DNA of 63,609 nucleotides, counting the filler, from Licmophora abbreviata (Eukaryota), in NCBI GenBank assembly GCA_900291995.1. It is 10 parts of 10 records of this genome, joined end to end, with 100 filler letters (N's around TTAATTAATTAA, not from the genome) between each part and the next. Parts side by side here need not be neighbours in the genome. Positions count along the whole stretch, not along the records: positions 1 to 20,093 come from OLMU01000035.1; 9 more parts are not named here. One strand, given 5' to 3'. The position numbers and the translations under genes were made by a program. Shown here piece by piece: positions 1 through 11,278 of the stretch; the first letter of the stretch is position 1; each line of letters opens with the position of its first letter. A model generated the notes under the pieces. The model saw nothing but the letters and a program-made list of their open reading frames with translations. It did not search any database and was not told where the DNA came from.

Positions 1-1
1 A

Positions 2-334
2 GCATGCACAAACCGACTGGAGTCGATCGATGCCGCACTTCTTCGGCCGGGACGGCTAGACGAACACGTACATATTCCTTCGCCGGGGACTGGAGATATC
101 ACAGAAATGCTTAGGATTCATCTGGCCAAAGTCCCGCTGAGCGCCGATGTCGATATCGAAGGCTTGTCGGGCATCCTTCTCGAGCACGGAGCGACCGGGG
201 CCGACGTTGAGGGAATGTGCCGTGATGCATGTTCATTTGCCATCCGTGAAGCCACTGGCGGCTCCATGGATGATGTCGTCGTTTCTAATAAGAACTGGGA
301 CCAGACACTTTCCAAATGGCAATCCCAAAGCTAA
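2..334 (+). CDS. AAA+ ATPase (CDC48/AFG2-like), C-terminal fragment, 5' truncated by window edge
   Basis: Frame from nt 2 reads ACTNRLESIDAALLRPGRLDEHVHIP (second region of homology), followed by the lid motif GATGADVEGMCRDA. Confidence 0.85.
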   Translation, partial: ACTNRLESIDAALLRPGRLDEHVHIPSPGTGDITEMLRIHLAKVPLSADVDIEGLSGILLEHGATGADVEGMCRDACSFAIREATGGSMDDVVVSNKNWDQTLSKWQSQS

Positions 335-404
335 TTGATCACAATCTACGACGTATTCGTATATAAGGGTGTGCCTGTAGAACAAGTTGAATGTGGTAGT
401 CTAT

Positions 405-2549
405 CTACCAGGGCGTAGCGTCGCCCAAGGCTGTTAACTCCTTCTCCGAAAAGATTCGGGGAAGAGCAAAGGCTCTGATGAGAATCAGCAGCCCAATCAC
501 GCTCGGAAAAAACATGGCTGTAGCAGGATTTTGCTTGAAGCTCCACAATCCGAACAGACACGCAACCTGTATTACTGTGAAGAGATTCATCTTCTTGCGG
601 CCTAGAGAATGCACTGGATGGTCCGTCGACAAACGAACTCGCTCAGCAGACGCATCACGAACTCTCTGAAAGAATGCGTTACCTGACATCAGTTTTCGGC
701 CCAGAAATAGAAACACGCCGGAAACGACGGGGATTGGCACAAATCTCAACAGCGGAAGAAGTCTCAAAGTTGCGGCGATCATCGCGTGAACGACGAAGCC
801 CGTAGCACGAGTTTCCGTCACTTCATCGATTTCGACCTCCCCCGATTCCTTGTTAAAGTGTGACTCAGTAAGAGCCCGCACATGATTCATTGACTGAACC
901 GTAGCTCCACACATCCACGGAAGTCCAACAAGCGAGAGACCTATGCGAGAAAAGGCGAGATAAGTTAAATAATGTCGTCCGAATCTATTGCAATGAAAAA
1001 TGTGACAACTTACCTCCGGTGATTACGCCAAGGGCCACCATATCCAGATTGTAAGCCTCGCCTTTCTTCAGCTTGTTAGCAGGATTGTTGACCACACGAA
1101 CACTGATGTTCTGATCCATAAAGAAAAGGCTGGTCAATAGGAGCGCTGGAAAGATGCACATGAGCCGCACATTGAGAGGGATGCTGTTGAGGGGGATCAA
1201 GAAACTGCGGCCTCCTGCGAGTTCAAACGTTTTAGGCACGTTCAGAGTCGGCACTCCGAATTTCTTGAGCCACGGATGCTGGTTGAGCAGCGACATGAAC
1301 ACGAAAATAATCACAGGCCCAAAGTCCTTCACCGTCGTCCTAACCCTCTGATTGAAAAACTTGGTTGCCTGAAACGCAGTCACTTGCATTGTAGAAGAGA
1401 ACGTACTGAGTGCCATGGCAAGAGAGATGAATGGCATTGTCAGATTGTTGGGATCGGCCAACATGAAGTTCCTTCGCAAGGACGACAGCGCCTCGTAGAT
1501 AAAATTCAAACTCAACAGTCCGTTGAATATTTCATCTGTGAATCGTGTACAATACTTGATAAGCTGGCTGGAGCCTCTTAGACCCAGCATAACCATGAAA
1601 AAACTCGTCCACAATCCCACCCACGTGTACACGGGAAAGAACGGGAGGCCTTTCAGAGAGCAAAATCGAAACAAACCCGAGATGAAGGCGAGTGTCAAGC
1701 CTGTTGGAGCAACGAACGACATTGGTTGTCCACACATTACAGAGTATGCCTGACGTCGTTGCATGTTGGCAAAAAGGAAGTGAGTACGACGCCGGGCCTA
1801 CGCGAGTTGCAGCTGGCGACTGTGTCATGTTGTACTTACCATTCCAGCACATCCGCAGCTGAGCAAGAACTCGACAATCCCAATAGAGCCGTTCGTAATT
1901 TCCGACGCAATAGTGCCAAAACTGACTGCGGGTGACAAGCAAGCGAAGTAGAGAAACAGGACTGCAGGGATGACCTGACGTTTCTTCTTCAATGCATCTG
2001 TCCAGTCCGATTTGTATACGTTGCTCCTTAGCCGACAATCGTGCCTGTGGGGGAAAAGGAGATACGAACATCAGCGAAGCGCATACTCCATTGGTTATCA
2101 ACCTTGCATATTACGTACCACATATCGTCAGAAACGATCCGGTCGAGAGGTGCGGGAGCCTGCTCCACAATATCCTGCAGCGTGTCGACGATAGTCTCAT
2201 TTCCTTTCTTGGGACGCTTGAACTTGTAGTTCATCCCGCTCATTTTGTCCAGCTTATCATAGTAGCCATACAAGCGCAATATTTTTCGTTCGGTGGACTT
2301 CCTCGGAAAAGGTAGGTGCCCACTCGGTGATGGGAATGCCGTCCGCCGCGGCCGACCAAAGAGCATGGACAGTTCACTTCGGCATTGATGTTTCGCGCCA
2401 CGACTTCCACAGCCAAGCGAGAGGGCAGCACCCCTAGATATTCCAATCAAAGCTAGGATGAGTCCAAACAATATCCTTGTCGAGATCTCGCTCTGCGTTC
2501 TCCTGTTGTTCATTCTGGAGGACCAACTTCGCATTGAGTCGCTTGGCAT
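405..2549 (-). CDS. SLC4-family bicarbonate/borate anion transporter, 4 exons, N-terminal targeting-like extension
   Basis: Spliced product gives YKSDWTDA..VLFLYFACLSPAVSFG, GQPM, FTDEIFN, LFFMDQNIS, KLKKGEAYNLD, GLPWMCGATVQS, ETRATG and IPVVSGVFLFLG. Introns at 941-1013, 1750-1839 and ~2045-2118. Start codon (2549 or 2513) is uncertain. Confidence 0.9.
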
Positions 2550-3152
2550 AACGTAGGATACGGCTGAGAGCAAATTGAGTTTAAAAGGTCAAGAATCTCT
2601 GCGTTTCACTCTGTACTTTCAGACATAAACTTGAGAGCGTCTGCTGAGCGAATACTGATCAACTGGAAAGCAGGTGATGAGAAAATGACGCCTCCGCTTC
2701 GACCATTGTGATGGCTGCTGTGACAAGGATGATGGCTGATTTTGTACCGCGACATCTCGTATGTCGTACTTCCGTCAGCCGTACGTAGGATCAACGTAAA
2801 TTCAGTACCAAGAACTGGATCTGAGTCGGCACTGCGTCATGTTTGAGATGTACACACGCACGCCTTCTATTGCTGTCCGCGTAGCTCGTAGCTCGTCTTT
2901 TTGAATCTTTTTTCCCGCCAAGATGGATAGATAGATGACTTCTGTCGATCAGGAAGTGCCTTCGGACTTTCCAAGGGACATGATCCTACAGTGTCCACAC
3001 CAGTCCATTGTTTCTAAATCTGCAGTAGATAAAGTAAGGAATACCGAGGTGTCCGTGAGTGAAGGCCCATCGGGCTTTGGACTACACAGGAAAGGTGCAG
3101 CCACACCACAACAAGATTGATACGTAAGCAGTTCGGCTTCCTACTTTTGACA

Positions 3153-6061
3153 TTACTGTTCGCCCTCGGCTGCATCTTGAGTTGAAAGAGCGTCCGGCGT
3201 CCTTGCGTCAGCGGAGGGTGGGGTTTCTGTGGCCTCTTCTTTTCCAGATGCGAAGATATTCGTAGTAGTGACTTCCATGGCCACCGCAGAAGCCTCGTTC
3301 GTTGCCGCAGCTTCGTTCAGTCCTTCCCGACCAATTCCCTTCGACGCATTCATTTCAGTCGCCTCCAGCTCCTTCTTCCAGGCGTCTGCCTGCTCGGACT
3401 TTAGGTATCCCAACAGTCGCGTGTACTGTTCCTTAACAGGCTGAAACGTGTCGGCGTCGTCTCCTGCGGATCGCCACAAGCATGCGAACTCGCGATCAGG
3501 AGAAGTCTCCGTTGAATCGACAATCTCGATAGCTTCTTTAGAGAGTTTCAACAAGAGATCTCTTGGGAGTAAGAGGTTACCAAGAGCTGCCCACTGTGAA
3601 CGTAGGAACATGGAAAGAAGTTTCAGTATCGCACGGATCCATGTCATGTCGAAACCGCGACCCTGTCCACACCGAAACATACCTCATTGAGCAAGAGAAC
3701 AAAACACTCGTGTACACCGCTCGTCGTGGAACCACGTGTCGCATCGTCGCTGTCGCCCCGTCGCAACCAACGTTTCCATGACACAAGGACCGAATCTCGG
3801 GCAGCTCGTGGGAGTTTCGACTTGTGCCGTAGCAACGCTTGAATAAGCGATAGGAAAAACGGTCGCTCGTCGCACAGATTCCATTTTTCCAGCACCGCAC
3901 TGAACTTTGGAAAGGTCATTGCAAGTGAGTTGTCATGAGAGTTTCCCGGTTGGCAGGCATGAACAAGGGCGCCCTCGACTAAGGACCGTACGACATCCAA
4001 GTTATAGCTCCCGTCCCAAACATCTTGGGACAGAGTAGACCCCCTGCTCGGTAGGGACCGAAGGGCTTCATGGAGATCGCCACCATTTGCTAGCCGTCGA
4101 TCCAGGTCAGACTCTAGAATTAGTTTCGTAACAACCGGCATACATCGGCGCAGCGATAGGAATGGTATTGTAGCGTTTGGGTCATCAGTTTCCGGAACCA
4201 GCAGAAGTCCAGCGTCTGGTATGGTGAAGCGCTTTCCTTGAGTCGCACAGAACTGCGGAGACCGATTCGCAATATTCAAGAGTTGGAGGAGAGACGGCAC
4301 AAGTCGGTGAGAAGCCGGCACTGAGCTTCCTCTACTTGTGTCGATGCGCAAGGATCTCAATACTCGATCCAACAAGAGCCGAACCGCAAACGGCTCGGAG
4401 AGCAGCATGGCTGCCAAGGCGGGCATACTTATCGCCTGGTTGTCTTTCTTCCGCTTTTTGAACTTGCTCGCCGGCAACGGGGTGACCTCAACAGACGAAG
4501 AGTCCCGTTTTCGCACTTCAGTACCGCCATCCAGTTTCCCGATGGCAGTCTGATAGTGACGTTTCGCTTGCGGGAAGATGTTTTCTCGAAACACGCTGCC
4601 TTGCCTTCGTGCTTCCCCGCGAAACCATTGTCCTTCGTTGCCAATGTTGTAGTTGATGCAATTGCGAAACATAAGATGCACGTCGCGTTCCCATTCTTCA
4701 AGCGAACGATAGTTTCCTACTTTGGATTCCATAAGCTTCATGCACATGGGTTCCAGAATGACTTTGCTATAGCCTGGGGCGATGACATCTGAGACTGGGT
4801 TAAGAAACAGGGACTGCGGATCAGCCTCCATCATTGCAGCAAGAGCCGACCTGAGGATTTTCTCGAGGGGGCCCTTGACAACACGCTGTGCGCCAAACGG
4901 AGACCTGGGCACAGCGGCCGACTCTATAGATGAAGGAATTGACTCTGTGGCAATAGCGTCAATAGGATAGATGTGTCGCAAGCTCGCCTGTACTTGTGCA
5001 ATGTGTGCATCTGAGATGATGCCTTCCTTGACGGATTCATCCAACGTACGGGCGAGTGTCAGTACGTGCTGATACGACTTGGGCAGAGGACCGGACAACA
5101 GTATATCCGCGACCAGCGTACAATGCAAGTGTGCAGCTCCACCGACAAGCTGCTGATCAGTCTTCTTGCCGTGCTTCGCCATTAAAATCTTAAGAATAGC
5201 CTGTAGTAGCTTGGGTCGGTACGCGGGAGTCTCGCCACCGGCGAGCAGTTTCCGCAGCTGCGAGACGGGTTTGGATAGATCTGCCGCCTGACCTTTGGCA
5301 GCCCGTCGCTGTGTCGTCACCATGCGACGTTCACGAAGGCTTCCGACAAATGGCCTGTCCGCAGCATCGACGAGTACGCTCTGACCGCAGTAGTCTCTAA
5401 TGATTGGTTTCACTTTCTCTCCGAAAAGAGTCGACTCGAGAAGCACATGGTACTCCTGTGGGCCGTCCGGTTCCTTGAGGCCAACTCGTCGATCCCAGTC
5501 CGCTTCCCAGACCAGTCGCTTGAGAAGGGGTGGCAACGGATGCCAGACTTCGGCATGTTTGATCTCACCTGTCTTATTATCACGTTCGCCCAGCAATTCG
5601 AGAACTGGAAGAGGCGTCTGTGGCCCGAGTTGTTTGAGTACTGCCCACAAAACAGGGCGAAGTTCCGGAATGGACGTGGAGTAGCTCCAACACGACTTGA
5701 GCAAATTCAGCAACGCTTCGGTCCCTTGCACTTTGCGAATTTCGTCCTCCAGTTGCGTCCGAAGAGCATCGCCGATCCGACGATGGACCTCGTGCTGAGA
5801 GACCCCAAGATGCGAAAGGAAGGTCAACACCGAATCTGTATCCAAGGGCTCGACCACATCTTCCTGCGTAGCAGTGTGCCCTGGAAAAGTATGAAACGCC
5901 CGTGCCATCATTGCATGGAGTGAATGAGATTGCTGGAAAGACTGAATCGTCTCGCCTGGATCTGTCGCGGTCAACAGGGCGCGGCGGAGCTCACGACGTC
6001 CCGCTGGACCGACAGGAAACGTCGTCGATCTCGTCGAGTTTTTGTCAGGGGTTGATGACAT
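3153..6061 (-). CDS. NELF-B/COBRA1-like protein with internal bromodomain, 2 exons
   Basis: Bromodomain motifs FLNPV..APGYSKVILEPM..DVHLMFRNCINYN (~4560-4870). Flanking blocks match recalled human NELF-B (LFGEKVKPIIRDY, HCTLVADILLS, MLLSEPFAVRLL). Intron at 3594-3682. Confidence 0.8.
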
Positions 6062-6330
6062 GGTACCTAAGCGACAGCCTGTTGTGGACGATGACAAAGA
6101 AGGTGAAGGAGGTCGTACTGAGGCAGCCGTCTTTTGCTGCCATGGATGGTTTGATGTGGCCGCAGCGCAAAGTCCAAATTAGAACGCGGATGTAAGATCT
6201 TAAAGATAAGTAAACTTGTTAGATACTTCATCGATTTGATTATCCCTATATTTTCTCTATATTGACGATTCCAATTGCATTCACAAAACACACACACTTC
6301 AAACATCATCAAACTTCCAAGCTCCGAATC

Positions 6331-8591
6331 ATGATGATGTGTCGAACAACGCGGCACCTGTGGAAGTGCAACCGATGCTTCCCAGCAGTCAAGCGGCGTG
6401 AAATATCTACTGGTAGGCTACAGGTGGCACCCAGTGTGCGTGAGGCACTGAAAAATGGAGATCCAGTGGTCGCGTTGGAGTCGACGATTGTCGCACACGG
6501 TATGCCGTATCCACAGAACTTACAAGTAGCAGAAGAAGTCGAATCCATCCTGCGGGGCAAGGCAAGTCGGGATTTGCTGCGTAGCTTGATGGAGCACATG
6601 TGCTATTACTGACTTGAAACCTGTCTTGACGACTTATCCAGGGAGTCATGCCGGCCACGATCGCAGTGAAGAACGGCGTATGCCAAGTCGGATTGTCGCC
6701 AGAGGACTTGCTTGACTTGGCCCAGGCAGGTGAAGAGGGCAGAGCTACTAAGTGCTCAACACGAGAACTGCCCTTACTCATGGCATCGGCCAACGATTCG
6801 TCATTGGCAGACAGTCCGAATCAGTGGGGAGGTATGTTAGTCGCCTTAGCATGTTGTACACTTGTCAGTCTCTCCCTTAGCTCCACATTATCCGCTCGCT
6901 TCTTACTGTATGTCTCTCTCTGTGTATCTCTCTTATTGACCATAGCTACTACAGTGGCTTCTACAATGACGTTAGCACACAAGGCAGGTATTTCCACGTT
7001 TGTAACTGGTGGCATAGGCGGCGTCCATCGCAACGGGCATGTCAGTATGGACATATCGGCGGACCTTACCGAGCTCGCACGCACTCCCGTCGTGGTGCTT
7101 TCGGCTGGTATCAAATCGATTCTAGATATCAAACGGACGCTCGAAGTCCTTGAGTCGATGGGAGTCCCAACTGTTTCGTATAGAACTGGCGAATTTCCTG
7201 CCTTCTTTTCGCCGCACTCGGGGGTGAAGTCTCCTGCCCGAGTGGACAGTCCGGCTCAGGTGGCAGAGGCGTACTGGGCAGCACGAGATTTGGGCTTAGA
7301 TTATGGCATGTTAGTAGCGATTCCAAACGATGATCCAGCTGGTGAGAATGTAGAGCGAGCGATTCAGAAAGCGTTGCGTGATGCGGAGGACCAAGGGGTA
7401 GTAGGACAAGCTGTTACACCGTTTGTTCTGAAGCAGGTGGCGCACGATACTGGCGGCGACAGTCTAAGGAGCAACATGGCACTGGTAAAGAAGAACGCAG
7501 CCATCGGTTCCGAGATTGCAACTGCCATAGCCATGAGAAATGCATCGACACCAGCTAGGCTCACCACTATCCAAAGGCAGACATCAGGCCCGCCGAAGGC
7601 GTGGCCATCTAGGGTGCTTGTTCTGGGAGGTACCGTCATGGACATCGTCGCTCGGCCTGACAAGGGTAAGGAGCTTCTTATGGGAACTTCAAACCCTGGC
7701 AGGATTATCGAGACCGATGGAGGAGTAGGAAGGAATGTTGCAGAAGCCCTTGGTAGACTTGGATCTAACCCCACGTTATATTCTGCCGTGGGAAATGATT
7801 CCCGAGGCTACACGCTCGTCGGCAGATTGCAGGACGAGTGCGGCGTAACGCCCAATATAGCCATTGTGGATAATGCAAATACGGCGACGTATCTTGCGGT
7901 TCTAAACGGCTGGGGCGATATGCACACGTCGATTGCCGATATGTCTGTATGTTCGAATGTAAGCACACCGGCGCTGGGAGCACTGGAACAAGCGGACATC
8001 CTCGTCGTCGACGCGAACCCACCTCTTTCAATACTGATAGAATCGGCGAGGAGAGCCGTTGAATGTGGCGTCAAGGTTGTGTTTGATCCAACAAGCATCC
8101 CGAAGTCGCAAGCCATTGCAAAAGAACCGGAGCTGCTTTCATGTTTTACTTTTGCGTTTCCAAACAAGGTCGAGCTCATGGCCATGGCCGACGTACTTCC
8201 GGACAGTATGGACACAATCGACTCTTCCAGTACCGGTGTTAGCCGACACACTCGGACCGCGTGCCAGAAGGTATTGTCTAGCATGCGACGTGGAGCTCAT
8301 CTCATTGTCACCCTAGGCGACCGCGGAGTTCTTCTTGCGTCGCGCGACGAAGCCGGACGATCTCACTTTCTCCAGTTCCCACCCAGAGATGACGTGTGTG
8401 TTTCCAATTCGACGGGTGCAGGGGATTCGTTATGCGGGGCGTTCGTCCATGCGATACTTCAAGGAAGCAACGTTGAAGATGCCGTTTCATTTGGAATGGC
8501 GGCCGCCGTCTTGAGTTTACACTGCTCTACTCAAGCAATCTCCCCTGAGCTGTCGACTCTAAAGCTGAAGAAGGCAACAGTGAAGGAATAG
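6331..8591 (+). CDS. Bifunctional pseudouridine-5'-phosphate glycosidase / PfkB pseudouridine kinase (PsuG-PsuK fusion), 3 exons
   Basis: Glycosidase motifs [44 protein letters not shown]. PfkB motifs GGVGRNVAE and [11 protein letters not shown]. Introns at 6562-6641 (GC-AG) and 6832-6945. Confidence 0.92.
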
Positions 8592-8733
8592 AGTACCAGT
8601 ACAACAATTGCAGTCTATAGCTACTAGTGTAACACATGTATCGCCATGTTTCAACGCGCCGGATGAATGAAGGAATAGAGGCGTGCATGGCGACGTCATC
8701 GAAAACTTCCCCGTGCGGTTGTTTGCTATCCCG

Positions 8734-9396
8734 TCACTCCTCCCCTTCCTCTGCGTACAGACTGCCGAGGACATTCTGCAATAGGCTTGGACATTGATTC
8801 GATTCGAACTCAATCGGCGTCCGAAGAAACCAAGGAAGCAGCGAAGCGTTCTCAAGCGGCTCGTACTTGACGACATTCTTGCCATCGCCAGCCGACAGAC
8901 GGAATTTCGTGCAGTCCTTCGTATCGGGATTCGTCACCGTGCAGGAACACGCCACGTTCTCGTCGGGCATGACATCTGACAGTGTACAGGAAGTCAAGGT
9001 CTCGTACAAGCGTAGTTCGTGCTCTCGCTGCGTCGCTTTCACTCGGAGCCGTTCTAGTTCTTCCATCTCTTCCGGAGTGGGTCGCTTTTGTTCTTCCAGG
9101 TGCAGAATGTAATTCTTCAATGACGTCTCCCGTTTTCGACTCTCTTCCGCCAGCAAGAACAATTGCGATTCAGCTTGGGTCACTCGAACCTTCTGAAGCT
9201 CCAAGTACTTTTCCTTCCAGAAGCGAGCTTCCTCGACGAGCGCCCGGGTCTGCTGTTGATGCTCGTCATGGTGCTTGTTGTGTGCGCTCATCAGTGCTGG
9301 AGCCGAACCGTCGGAAGCACGACGCTTTTTTGAGGCTGCTCGGATCGGTACTTGATTCTCAATGCCCGCAAACGGACCCGAGGGAGGTTGATACAT
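8734..9396 (-). CDS. Monopolin Csm1/Pcs1 (TITAN9)-like kinetochore protein
   Basis: N-terminal coiled coil, then LYETLT..CTVTN..TKFRLS..VKYEP..LPWFLRTPIEFESNQCPSLLQNV, resembling the Csm1 C-terminal domain (LPDYL.EEI.F). Confidence 0.7.
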   Translation of the reverse strand: MYQPPSGPFAGIENQVPIRAASKKRRASDGSAPALMSAHNKHHDEHQQQTRALVEEARFWKEKYLELQKVRVTQAESQLFLLAEESRKRETSLKNYILHLEEQKRPTPEEMEELERLRVKATQREHELRLYETLTSCTLSDVMPDENVACSCTVTNPDTKDCTKFRLSAGDGKNVVKYEPLENASLLPWFLRTPIEFESNQCPSLLQNVLGSLYAEEGEE

Positions 9397-9833
9397 TGTT
9401 GAGTGATAAGGAGATGCAAAAGCGCAAGGGCTGATGGCGTTGTCGTTGCGACGATGTTGTGCGAAGAATGATGAAACCGCCGCGCTCTCGTCATCGTCCC
9501 TTCCGTCATTTTGAATGCTTTTTCAGTGCGGTTTTGAACAAAACTATGGCGCGCCTCGAGCTTTCTACTTCAAAAAGACTTGGTTTAGCTCGTGATCGCT
9601 TCCGTTTGAAGGCTTGCCACAGAGTCAACATGTAGGCCTCATCAGTCTGTTTCATCAGAAGGTACACATCAACACAAACATACATACCATCGACAGATAA
9701 AGGACCCTTTTCATTGGCCCAGACTTCATGAGCTCGACTACAGTATGTAGTCTCTATTGAAGAACTCCTGATGAAAATCTAACTATGAATCACCCGTCGT
9801 AACAATAAGTAGGTGCAGCACCAACAACCCTTA

Positions 9834-10967
9834 CTATTGCACGTCTTCCAGACGGCCAGCGCTACCATCAGAACACATTCCTAGCTCTCCAACATTCTCA
9901 TTGATCCCGACAATCAGTCGGGGGCTCATTGTCGACTCGTGGCGCACAGTCAACCGAAACGGGCCGGACGGCGAGTGCCCAGTGGGTGCTTTGCGATGAA
10001 GGGACACTTCCACACGGTAGCCTAATCGACGAAGCGCCATAAACGTCACCATGACAGCCAGAAGCGTAAGTAGCACAGATTCCCAAACGGACTGCCGCCG
10101 CTGTGATGACGAGCGCGAGCGATGGGGTTTCTTTGGTCTGACGAGGAGCGAAGATTTCTTGAGTATACCCCTGGGAGGTCTCGGCGCGAGAGTAAGTGAC
10201 CTCGACACCATGAGGAAACTCTCATCTTCGTCATCGTTGTCCTCTAGGGAAGGAATTGTCAGTTCGTCAGCTGTGGCTCTTCGCTTCATGCGCTGTGCGT
10301 CGATCACTGGATCTAGGTGCCTTGGCGTCGAAGCTTCATCGTCTGACTCGTCCCACGATTCTGAAGCTTCTGGCGACCAGTCCACCATACGGCGATCGGC
10401 AGCAAACGCCTTGAACGGGTTAAACAATAATGCTCGTACACAAATGTCTGATCCTGGAGACAGCAGGATAGTATCGTCTGACCGTGTTGAGTCCAGCGGT
10501 GGAGAATTCGTCAATGGCCCACTCAGTGCCTTCGCTTGAGCAGCATCTCGCCTTCGCTTCTCCGTCCATTCGTCCACAGAGGCCATGAGTTTTCGGAATA
10601 TTTCGGGCGGAGACTTGTCGTCGTCATGTTCTTCTGTATCATTGGTCACTGGGGAGTCGCGAGAGTTTTTGTTTCTTATGGTAGTTGACATCATCGGTGT
10701 TTCGAGGTGCTCACCACTCCCCGTGACAGGTCCAACAGGCCGGGAGTCTTTGTCGAGACGAGACTGTAGTGCATCGCTCTGCTCGTCTATCTGCTCTTGC
10801 GATCGTCGCGGTTGTTCTGAAATCTCCTTGACAGGGTCACAGAAGCCAGTCACGACAGCCTTGCGGAGTACATCAAACGGGTTTTCGATTGACGGCTTCG
10901 CTTGGAGCTCGGCAGGCGGGTCTATTTCACGCGCTTCTCGTCTGCAGTTAGTTCCGTTCCATTTCAT
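9834..10967 (-). CDS. Hypothetical protein, mostly disordered, one predicted TM helix near C-terminus
   Basis: 377-aa ATG ORF with hydrophobic VLLTLLAVMVTFMAL. No recognised domain. Confidence 0.6.
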   Translation of the reverse strand: MKWNGTNCRREAREIDPPAELQAKPSIENPFDVLRKAVVTGFCDPVKEISEQPRRSQEQIDEQSDALQSRLDKDSRPVGPVTGSGEHLETPMMSTTIRNKNSRDSPVTNDTEEHDDDKSPPEIFRKLMASVDEWTEKRRRDAAQAKALSGPLTNSPPLDSTRSDDTILLSPGSDICVRALLFNPFKAFAADRRMVDWSPEASESWDESDDEASTPRHLDPVIDAQRMKRRATADELTIPSLEDNDDEDESFLMVSRSLTLAPRPPRGILKKSSLLVRPKKPHRSRSSSQRRQSVWESVLLTLLAVMVTFMALRRLGYRVEVSLHRKAPTGHSPSGPFRLTVRHESTMSPRLIVGINENVGELGMCSDGSAGRLEDVQ

Positions 10968-11278
10968 TCTTAATCCTTATTTCTGGCCAATGGGTCTTTC
11001 CTGGCTCAGTCGAAGGCCGCAATCTCGTTGAAATATGACAGTCTCGTGATGTGGCGCCTGTGCGTTGGACGGCGTGTCACGATCGAATTCCTCCGAAGAC
11101 GCGCGGCGCGGCCTTTAAAGTCGCATAAAGGCCCAACACGCAGCTAAAAACTCTTTTCCATGTTTCCACTGACGTACACGGTGGAGTGCCTCGACAAGAC
11201 TATATTGCTCGTCCGCAACAACAAGTTACTATACTTTTGATTAATAGCTTTGTGAAGCTTCATGCTGTCAGACGTACA

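Noticed and set aside
6832..6945. Apparent transmembrane segment within the PsuG ORF
   Set aside because: It is a translated pyrimidine-rich intron; splicing restores the conserved WGATTVAST.
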